A stretch of DNA of 64,000 nt from Octopus vulgaris. Taxonomy: Eukaryota. The DNA is taken from positions 196,726,001 to 196,790,000 of the forward strand of contig OX597815.1 of NCBI GenBank assembly GCA_951406725.2, written 5' to 3'. Positions within the stretch are counted from its first letter, which is position 1. Every line of letters starts with the position of its first letter. Of this stretch, positions 52,705-64,000 are shown in pieces. The notes under the pieces were generated by a model. That model did not search any database and was not told where the DNA came from. It saw only the letters and a program-made list of their open reading frames with translations. Made by a program: the position numbers and the translations under genes.

Positions 52705-53439
52705 TCAGCACCAAATAGTTTCTTTAATCACACCATATATTCTCCAATATTTGTAGCTTTTACTGCATACGCTTTTACATATCTTAATAAAGAGAGGGCG
52801 ATTTTTGTAGTTAGTGTAAACATTGGCAGACTTAATGTTTAACAGTCATGCTAGAGGTCAAATATTGACAATGATTCACAGAAATATTAGTGGGATTAAG
52901 AAAAGAACTTTTTGGTAAGACTGAAAGCTTTACATCATTAATATATAAAAAAGTGAATGTCTTTTTTAATATCGTGAGATATTGCGAAGAATTCTCAAGA
53001 TTATTTTGTCGAATATTATATATAAACAAAACATACTTAGAAAAATTTCACTAAGTAGACTAAAACAAAAACAATCAGATGTCCCGTGGGGAATGACTAC
53101 TCGACATATTATAAAGCAAGGAAAACATTACAATAATTTTTATTTTGTCTTTTAAGAAAACAAAAGAATAGAAAAATTATATTAGAATGAGGAAAATCCC
53201 TATAGTACAGGGTATACCAAAAGCTCTTGCATTTTAGTAGCATATGATTTCTGTAGCACACTGAAGCAACCACTAATATTATCAAGCATGTTGTAAGAAG
53301 ACAACACAATTTTTTTTTTAAGATGGAAATTTAGAAATCATCTGCTCAAAGAACTATCGATTAAATAACCTACAGCATGAACGATAGATTCAACATTGTA
53401 AACGAGCATGTTTGGAAAAATTGGTAACGTTATGTTTTC

Positions 53440-54063
53440 AGTTTTTGGCACAGGACCAACAGTTTTCTAGAGGACGAGGAAGTCGATTAGATCTATCCCA
53501 GTGCTCAACTGGTACTCATTTGAACTCATATCATTTGAACTTAAGCCGGACGAAATGCTGCGCAGCGTTCTCACAATTCTTATTTTTTTATTGCCCACAA
53601 GAGGGCTAGACATAGAGGGGACAAACAAGGACAGACAAAGGGATTAAGTCGATTACATCGACCCCAGTGCGTAACTGGTACTTAATTTATCGATCCAGAA
53701 AGGATGAAAGGCAAAGTCGATCTCGGCGGAATTTGAACTCAGAACGTAGTGGCATACGAAATATCTATTTCTTTACTACCCACAAGGGGCTAAACACAGA
53801 GAGGACAAACAAGGACAGACAAACGGATTAAGTCGATAACACCGAATCCAGTGCGTAACTGGTATTTAATTTGTCGACCCCGAAAGGATGAAAGGCAAAG
53901 TCGACCTCGGCGGAATTTGAACTCAGAACAAACGGCAGACGAAATACGGCTACTCATTTCGCCCGGCGTGCTAACGTTTCTGCCAGCTTCGCCGCCTTCG
54001 ACAGACGAAATATCACTAAGCATTTCGCCCGGCGTTCTCACAATTCTGCTACCTCGTCGCCTT
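53440..54063 (-). mobile_element. Triple-nested Meta-domain SINEs
   Basis: Old copy split by GCGTTCTCACAATTCT repeats (53565-53580 and 54032-54047); inner full-length copy 53766-54000 flanked by CA(T/G)ACGAAATATC. Confidence 0.8.
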
Positions 54064-55635
54064 AAGGAAAAATTAGTAATATTATGAGAGTTAATTAAAT
54101 CTGTGTTAAAAAGTAGAATAATAAAACAAGAACACTTAAACTGGTTACTCGAAGCAGCTTAAGATAATAGATGTTACTGCTATAATAAATAGTTATGTCA
54201 GATGTACTACGGAAAGCTGCAAAATAATACTAACGTTACCAAAGTCTGTTACGATTCTCACTATGAAACTAATTGCTGCTGTATACGTATTGTTATATCT
54301 CTTGTTTTGATTAGCACCGAACTTGCTAATGAATTAGTGAAGTGCTTTGTTTACAAATACATCTGCAACAGAAAACTAATAAATTCTCTTGTGTATATGT
54401 GAGATAGAAAATTATATTTAAGAGATAGAAACCAATTAGAAATCTTATTCAAAAGAAGTCTATGGATTCAATAAAGACGTGTGCATAAACATCTGACGTT
54501 AAAAGTGCACCAAGCACATCTTAAACCTCTTAAGACGAGAAAACATTTTTAAAAAATACTTTGAGAGAGCCAAACATTTAGAAATAAAAACAAATAGAAT
54601 ATCATTTGTAAAAAAAAAAACAATTTACAAAGAAATGAATCAGACAAAACACGGCATGAACTAATTAATTTTTTTGAAAATGCTTAATTGCACAACACAG
54701 GAAATTAGGCTAGCGTTATGTACAGAACAACACGTAAATGCTAAATTAATTATCACAGAATTTGACATGGGTTAAATTATTTCAGTAATTATTGACCATT
54801 CCAGTAGTGAATTAGTGAGTTGATCATTTGATAGGTACTTGAGGCAGGGAAGTACATTTGCAACTGAATATAATAAAGAAAAATATAAAGGGTCTGGTGT
54901 AACTTAGTTAACTAGGAATGGCTAATGAGTACAAAGTTTCTAATACAACACAAAATTATAAAATTTATGTAGAAAACCAGGAACTAATTTCTAGAAAATA
55001 TTTTTTCAAAGAATTATAAAATTGCCTTTTCGAAACCAAGGGGTGTCTTACAGATTTGGGAACGAATGAAATTCGTTTCTGTGGCTAGGAATTCAGTGAT
55101 GTAATCTTTTGTTTTTACATTTTTCAGTCATTTGACTGCTGGCATGCTGGGGCTCCACTTTGACGGGTTCAAATCGAACAAAACGACCCCAGGCACACAT
55201 TTTTAGCTTGATACATATTCTATCGGTCTCTTTTATCGAACCACTAGGTTACAGAGACATAAACATCAACACCAGTTATCAAGCGGTGGTTGGGACAATC
55301 ACAAAGTGGTATGTATATATATATATTGTATATAGATTTGGTCGACGTAAACTGGAAGAAGCCTGGTGCATTCTTTTAGTCTTTTACTTGTATATGTATG
55401 TATATATATATATGCAGTCACAAATTGTGAAGCATGACTGTCACCACTACTACATGAACCTGAAGATTGCAGAATTTAATGCATGAAAGTACTAGTTCAA
55501 TCAGAATGAACATTTAACATTCTATTTTATTTTATTATATTATATTATATTATATTATATCATTATAAGATTGTAAATAAAACGTGAAAATCAGACAAGG
55601 TTGGAATTCCTTTTATTAACATATATATATATATA

Positions 55636-56025
55636 TATTGATAGAAATGGCAAGACAACAAAAGAATGAAAGAAACCTCGATATTATATAAATAGAGGAA
55701 TTTATCTGTAAATATAATAAAGCGAATTGCGTAAATCTCGCTTTATTCTTATTCTTAATGGCTTTCAACCAGTCAACGACTTCTATACTATTGGACCATT
55801 GTCCTAACCATTTTTACTCCATTACCTTTACTCCTTCCCTTTACGTAGCGGTCATTCTAATAGCTCTTTTGTCTTAATAACAGTCAACCACACAGTAATT
55901 TCCCTTTGTTTAACGGTCATTTTCATAACATTTTTTTTGATGGGCCGATAACTGAAGAGATGCTGGCGTAGGTTTCCGCCCCGACATCCGAAACTCGGAG
56001 TTTTATCATGGCTACCGAATAATTG

Positions 56026-56030
<5 letters not shown>
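55636..56030 (+). mobile_element. Hammerhead mini-element, homolog of 3143-3550
   Basis: GCCGATAA CTGAAGA GATG...CATC CGAAACTCGGAGTT TTATCATGGC at about 55944-56012. Confidence 0.7.
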
Positions 56031-56088
<58 letters not shown>

Positions 56089-56091
<3 letters not shown>

Positions 56092-56340
56092 AGAAAATTC
56101 TATATGTTGTAAGATATTTAGGAGGTAATCGATTGGTTAAAATTGCCAAAATGCTCGGATTTTCAGACGAAATATCTTACAACATATAGAATTTTCTCAA
56201 TAAAGCCAAGAAAAAATGATGTTTTATAAACACATTCTACCAATATACGAGGTTTTAAAGTGTTTAGTTAACTAGAAATTGTGTTGAAATCTGGCAATCA
56301 AAAGGAAAAGATTCAACAATGCAAATAAAAACAGTAAAAG
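56089..56340. mobile_element. Foldback mini-element in a (TA)n tract
   Basis: TTGAGAAAATTCTATATGTTGTAAGATATTT (56089-56120) is inverted at about 56170-56200. Confidence 0.55.
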
Positions 56341-56355
56341 ACAGGATACACACAC

Positions 56356-56403
<48 letters not shown>

Positions 56404-57333
56404 CAGGTTTCTCCCAGTTTCCGTCTACCAAACTCACTCACAAGCCTGTGGCCGGCTCGAAGCTCAAGTAGAAGACACTTGCCTTAAGTGACATCCTGTG
56501 GGACTGAACCCGGAGCCATGTGGTTGGAAAGCAAGCTTCCTACCGCGCAGTCACGCCTATACAAAGGTAGTCAACAAGCTGATACAGAGTCGAACCCAGT
56601 ACCTTCCGAATTATGGCTAAACGCTTTGGACCACTAAGTCAAGCGACCAGTCACATGCGTATAGCTGTTATTAATGTCAAGATATCTCGAGAAAGAACGA
56701 AAGAGCAACAGATAAGGAAGTACAATAGACTGATTTTATAACTAAAGAGATATGACAATATAAATTCCGAAAATATCGATATACAACAAGATGGTGATGA
56801 CAGATAAATGTGAAAAGAAACCCAAAATAATCCACTTATGGCAGTCAGTAAGCTGAAATATATTATTTTATTATAGCATCAAAAGGCCAGATCTCACCCA
56901 CAATAAGCTACCTCAAACATATAAGAAGGAAATCATACTATGTACTTAGTAAACTCTCAGGAAAATCTTTAGGCAAATCAGGAACGTCATTATATCATTG
57001 TGTAGATAGGTGTATTAATGGATCAGCATTCAAGGCGGACAAGAAAAAAAAATAATGACTAAATCTGTCGTTGAGAACTAATTTATAATACACTAGAATA
57101 AATACGTATGCACAACTCACTATGAAAAATGCGAATAAATACAATGTATTATAAACTAATCCCGAACAGAACAAACTTATACAAATTGTTGGGGTCATAT
57201 ACAATCCATTAAAATGGCCCGAGTAAGAATTCGTTCTTAATGAACAGAAAACTAAAAGAAAACTCCGCTCAGCACATAAGTGGATGAGACTAATAATCGG
57301 AAAACATGGGTTTCCCCTGATAAGTTGGTTTAA

Positions 57334-57400
<67 letters not shown>

Positions 57401-57402
57401 AC

Positions 57403-57895
57403 AATAATATTAAGGAATGGCCTTAATAGGCCATTCAACTCACTAAAACGAGCAGCTAAACTCAAACCGCTTGGTTGGCGCGATGACGGTAGATTTTGAA
57501 AATTTAGAGTATATATTCCTGAGGCATCGATGCTGTTGCCTCGTGGAATATTTATTCCTCCTGGCTTCTTTGCCGATGAGACGGGCCAGTGTTGAATTGA
57601 CTTGATTAAATTTAATTTAATTAGGCTGGTTTACCAAAAAGTACGTCGAAACAAGGCATTGTCCAAAGATGATTAGCATAAATGTTTTTAATTTTCTTTG
57701 ATTTCTGAATTACTACTATTTAGCGGTTTGAGTTTAGCTGCTCGTTTTAGTGAGTTGAATGGCCTATTAAGGCCATTCCTTAATATTATTATTGAACGTA
57801 TATTATATAGTCTTTTGACTATTTTTTCCTTCTCACTAGACCGCTGGTGGCGAAAAAAATTTCTTTTGAATTTGTTGCTACCCTTATATTGATTA
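57403..57895 (+). mobile_element. Foldback mini-element with perfect 69-bp inverted repeats enclosing a hammerhead
   Basis: 57403-57471 is the reverse complement of 57722-57790; bounded by (TA)n. Confidence 0.75.
57567..57669 (+). ncRNA. Type I hammerhead ribozyme motif with extended stem II
   Basis: Stem I TCTTTG/CAAAGA, CCGATGA, stem II GACG/CGTC enclosing 60 nt, GAAA, stem III ACAA-GGCA-TTGT, GUC triplet at 57661-57663. Confidence 0.75.
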
Positions 57896-57922
57896 ATATA
57901 TATATATATATATATATATATA

Positions 57923-57996
57923 CTTTATTTAAAAGCAGCAGAAATTCAACAAAACCTGTTACTGTTTTGTTGAATTTCTGCTGCTTTTAAATAAAG
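57923..57996. repeat. Near-perfect DNA hairpin
   Basis: CTTTATTTAAAAGCAGCAGAAATTCAACAAAAC, short loop, then its reverse complement. Confidence 0.85.
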
Positions 57997-58065
57997 CATA
58001 TTACTCTACCCCTGGTATTTGAGTACTCTTTTTTCCACCTTGTTTCACATTTATGTGTTTACTCC

Positions 58066-58102
<37 letters not shown>

Positions 58103-58104
58103 CT

Positions 58105-58160
<56 letters not shown>

Positions 58161-58258
58161 AAAACGAGGGTGATAAATCGAATATTAATTTAATTAGGAT
58201 CAATTTAAAACCAGTGGCCTAGCATATAGAAAAATCTGAAAATTCAGAAACATTTTAT

Positions 58259-58343
58259 TACATGCGTATAAGAAGAGATAACCACTAAGTGGACATTCAT
58301 ATTGGATGTCCACTTAGTGGTCATCCCTTCTTATACGCATGTA
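58259..58343. repeat. Near-perfect DNA hairpin
   Basis: TACATGCGTATAAGAAG..CCACTAAGTGGACAT / ATGTCCACTTAGTGG..CTTCTTATACGCATGTA. Confidence 0.85.
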
Positions 58344-58583
58344 TGTACATATATATTGGACTGGTTTGGAGTGCCTATGTTCAGTCCATTGCAGGACGAA
58401 GAAATCAAATGTTTTCTCCACCCAACCACGGTCCAATGTGGAGGCTGTCAATTTGAGCTTGAGAGCGCACTGGTTTGATGAGCCTACTCTTTCATATTAG
58501 CTCGACATAGAGGAATGCAAGGGCCGAATCAAACTGTTTTAATTAGGAGGAAGAGGAGAAGGGAAGGACGAAGAGGGTGAGAA

Positions 58584-58618
<35 letters not shown>

Positions 58619-58688
58619 AGAAGAAGAAGAAGAAGAAGAGGAGGAAGAAGAAGAAGAAGAAGAAGAAGAAGAAGAAGAAGAAGAAGAA

Positions 58689-58719
<31 letters not shown>

Positions 58720-59569
58720 AAGAAGAAAGAAAGAAAGGAGAACAACAAAAAATGAAACAACGAAGAATTGAAGACATATCGATGAGTTCAGTCTATATGA
58801 GTTCAGTATATATTTATTAAAAAAAACTGAATATATTCTGAAAATTAAAAATATAGACTCAGAGTCAAAATACATACTGAAAATAAAACGTATCAACTGA
58901 TGACGCATAAAAAGGACGGACTGCCACAGACGAATGAATGAATGAATCACAATAGAACTTAACAAATACAAAATTTATACAGAAGGAAATAATACAAAAC
59001 AGGCAATTCAATAAATACTGTAAAAATACTGCAAAAATAGCACAGAATCAACTAGGCGTTGCAGCAGATAGAAAGATATAATTTAACGAAAATTAATTAA
59101 AAGCCAAAATTATGAAGACCTTAGAAATTCCCCATGGAGACATTGGAACAAATACACAACCATAACATTCGTAACCTCACCCTCAACAACAAACAATGCA
59201 TAACACATGTCAAACAAATCAACCAGAGTGAATTTGAGGATATCCTATCGAAAAATAGACTATAGTAGTGAACATATACCTAAAACAATGGGTTCACAAG
59301 TTGCACGACCAAGTAGTTTTGCGAAGCAACGATTTAATGAAATAGAGCCATGCAAAAAGAATGCTGTTCTCTGATAGATAATATGCCATTATTGTCAAAA
59401 TGGTTGAAACTAATCGGTGGTAGTAGTCGTATTCAGAATATTAGGGCTTGATCGGTAGCGTCAGGTCATCAGCACCCATTTAAAAATTGAAAAATAAAGT
59501 AAATGTGCTAAAAAGAATGAACTATTCCAGCATGTAAAAGGAAATGAAACCATCTAATTAAAAAATATT

Positions 59570-59810
59570 CTTTTATTCTTTTATCTGTTTCAGTCATTTG
59601 TACTGCGGCCATGCTGGAGCACCGCCTTTAGTCGACCAAATCAACCCCAGGACTTATTCTTTGTAAGCCTAGTACTTATTCTATCGGTCTCTCTTGCCGA
59701 ACCGCTCAGTTACGGGGACGTAAACACACCAGCATCGGTTGTCAAGCGATGTTGGGGGGATAAACACAGACACATGAACATATACATATGCATACACACA
59801 CACACACACT

Positions 59811-59880
<70 letters not shown>

Positions 59881-60043
59881 CGACGGGCTTCTTTCAGATT
59901 CCGTCTACCAAATCTACTCACAAGGTTTTGGTCGGCCCGAGGCTATAGTAGAAGACACTTGCCCAAGGTGCCACGCAGTGGGACTGAACCCGGAGCCATG
60001 TGGTTGGTAAGCAAGCTACTTACCACACAGTCACTCCTGCGCC
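59570..60043 (-). mobile_element. Microsatellite-containing SINE
   Basis: Family match to 15020-15450. Confidence 0.88.
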
Positions 60044-60549
60044 TCTGTTTAATTTAATAAAAACCACAACCCATGTCATGAATATATTTGTAGTACCAGC
60101 TATCAATGTACGTTACTATAGCAACGGGCCCGTATCTAACAAAACTAAATTCGGCCACTGAAAGGATTAAAATCTATTAATATCACTACCTACTAAACAA
60201 TAACTCATATTCAACGATGACGGCAGCTTCCTAAAGGAGAGAGCAGTAAGGATCTACTTATGGTATTCCAGATAGTAGCATAAAAGAAGACGATTTTCTA
60301 AGTTGTCCACTCTCTTTCTAGCCTACTAGAAATCCTGCTACGTAAACTTTTTGACGATGATTCATAAACGTTTATAAATTCTCACGAGAAATTGGATAAA
60401 ACGTCGTTCAATCAGTCAAGATCTTAAACCATGCGAGCGTACAAAAAAAAACAGGTACAGTTTGTACCTAAGTCAGATATGGTAATTAAACATAGATGCA
60501 TGTCTTTAGAGGCCAAGAGTTATATTTTTTCTTTTTTCTTTTTTTTGTT

Positions 60550-61693
<1,144 letters not shown>

Positions 61694-62769
61694 AACAGGA
61701 TTCTGTTTCAGACCAAAATGTCTATTTCTAGCCTGGATGCTGTAAGGGCCAACATGAGTAACAAATGAGACGATAACGGTTGCTTTTGTAAAGCATTTTC
61801 TTAGAAAATACAGCACATTGCTGCGAGAATTTGTTCATGAGTTGAGATAAAGCATTCACACTATCGTAGAAAAGCTGTTCTACAGCTATGTCGCAGGTTC
61901 GGATGACCTCTACTACTCAACTCGACTCTGCTCTTCTACTCCGACTGCTACCCTCGACGTCTAGGCTGCTCCTTCTATATCTACGTATTGGGTTAGCGTT
62001 CTTCATCTCTTCATCGTCTGGGGACGTCCACACAACATCTACACACAACCCTCCAAAGGAATTCAACGTCTTAGTATTTCAAGCAAATCAGTTTGCAATC
62101 GTCAATAATTTCGGTTTTAGAGGGCATGCAAAACCACTGACACAGATATTACCCTGAGATCAAGGAAACAAAATAAAAATTTATGTTTCCTGGAACAAGT
62201 ATGATCCGCCAGCCGGCTTAGAAAATGAAAATATTGAAACACAATGGAGCTTTGGCATAACAAAATACCAGGAGGGAGTGTCATAATAGTCCGCAAGCCA
62301 TTCTTATTAACAAATTTATCATCAGAGTATGCATATATAAAGCAATGCCTAATTACTATATCGTTGTCCACAGGCGAATTCTAAAGCAAATTAATTACTT
62401 AGGCTGACTAATCTATCAGAATATAGAATAACATCATTATATCAATTAAATATATATCTCTTCCAGTTTCTAATTCAAACAACTTGTATAATATACGCCC
62501 ATTTCTCTCAGCACATTGACACAAATTATGGAATAAATATAGACACTATCTAGAAAATATCAAAGCCAGGTTCTGCGAAGAATGTTAGGGCATACTCGCA
62601 AAGCTGCTTTTAGCCATAAGCCATAATATAAAACGAGCACATATCTATATCATTCGTTCATATAATTTCCACATTGTTTATCGATTCGTTGGTTGAATTT
62701 ATGTTACTCTATTATCCTTAAATCAAGTTATCCTTCTTACATTCTTTCCGGCTGCTATGGAATAATCTC

Positions 62770-62860
<91 letters not shown>

Positions 62861-63479
62861 CGAGCGCGTGCCCTATTTATGTATGTGTGTATATGTTTGT
62901 GTGCGTATAAGGTTGATCGGATTGATTGTCCTTTTTTTTCGCTTCCCATGCAAGATAACATGTCCCGAGACGTAATATATCTTATTCGTGCTGGGTTTGC
63001 AAACTCTACTGGTGTTATTAGGAGAAATATGTTTCTGAACTAGGAAAGCGCCTCAGAGTATATCTTACTAGGAATTGAAATTATTTCGTGTTCGTCTAAC
63101 ACATAGAGAGCATATCGCTTCCCCACTAATGCGTGGTGAATTCACTCAGTTGCTAGCAATCAGGAGGGTGACTCGGGTTGGAGGATAACTTCATTTTACA
63201 CTCCTTCCAGCAATAATGAAAGATCATACAACTGCCTTTCCTATAATAGGTGCCTTTGTATATGTATGTGTGTGTGAGTCTGTGTGTGTGTGTGTGTGTG
63301 TGTTTCTGTCACGTGCTAATGAGTCAATTGACATTTTTGGAAGAAATTCTTAATTTATGGTGAAGAGGAAGAAGCAACTGTAACACTTGTTATGTCCTCA
63401 GAACGAAAACCTGATCTGTACTAACGGCGTCGATTGTTTTTACGGTGCTATATACCAAGCCTTGGATTAATTTTGCCAG

Positions 63480-63685
63480 CTTATGCAATTTTGACGCCAT
63501 GATAGATCGTTAGCTCCAACACGCATTTTTTCTCTCCTTGTTTTTTTCTTCGTATCTTTCTGTCGAAGAGCGTAGGCTCGAAACGTAAAAGATTTTTCTA
63601 TTCCTGAGCGCTATACTAATACATTTGTTTGTTTGTACTCCACCTGCCTTCGTCTTTTGTTTATTTTCGTAAACTTTCCCTTTAT
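63480..63685 (+). mobile_element. Hammerhead mini-element; minimal hammerhead at 63554-63593
   Basis: ATCTTT CTGTCGA A GAGC-GTAG-GCTC GAAAC GTA AAAGAT. Confidence 0.7.
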
Positions 63686-64000
63686 ATATATATATATATA
63701 AATTAAAATTAAGGGTATCTAAAAGATACCATCATGCTAGAGATAGCAGTCAAAACTCTAAAACCACATCAAAAATTCATACAGCACCAGGAGAGAAGAC
63801 TAAATATATATTATGGCTTATGGATAAATAATTATTACCTATGAGATCTTTATTCCCATGCTAGCCACTTGATATGTTCGGTATTTTAAATAACGATCTT
63901 ATCCTTATATATATATATATATACATCGATATTTCAAAATTTGGATCTCCGAACTTAATTTGAATGAACACTTACACAGGTTTTAGCACATTTCAATTTG

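Noticed and set aside
61860-62160. GC-richer stretch with a Cys cluster on the minus strand, possibly another ORF1 remnant
   Set aside because: Too degenerate to align convincingly

Overview
AT-rich, microsatellite-dense eukaryotic non-coding DNA. The SINE families look like those of octopus (recognition from memory, not a database result). No host protein-coding exon, rRNA, true tRNA gene or CRISPR array can be supported; nearly all short ORFs in the track are microsatellite or SINE artefacts. The window is a mosaic of mobile elements: a near full-length Tx1-type LINE (46658-52640, - strand), several tRNA-derived SINE families, two non-autonomous Helitrons, and mariner, RTE, R4/Dong-like and Penelope remnants. 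Two systems stand out. (1) The Tx1 LINE sits, with an exact 16-bp TSD, inside the head of a Meta-domain SINE whose 3' tail matches the LINE's own 3' end at 31/34 nt; copies of that SINE insert into the same site of other copies and build tandem arrays, suggesting a LINE/SINE pair that uses the SINE as its own landing pad. (2) About a dozen type I hammerhead ribozyme motifs occur in roughly eight families of 150-450 bp non-coding elements (foldback, direct-repeat and tRNA-headed), mostly in or beside (TA)n and other microsatellite tracts, consistent with Penelope-dependent or retrozyme-like mini-retroelements. All alignments and folds were done by eye.
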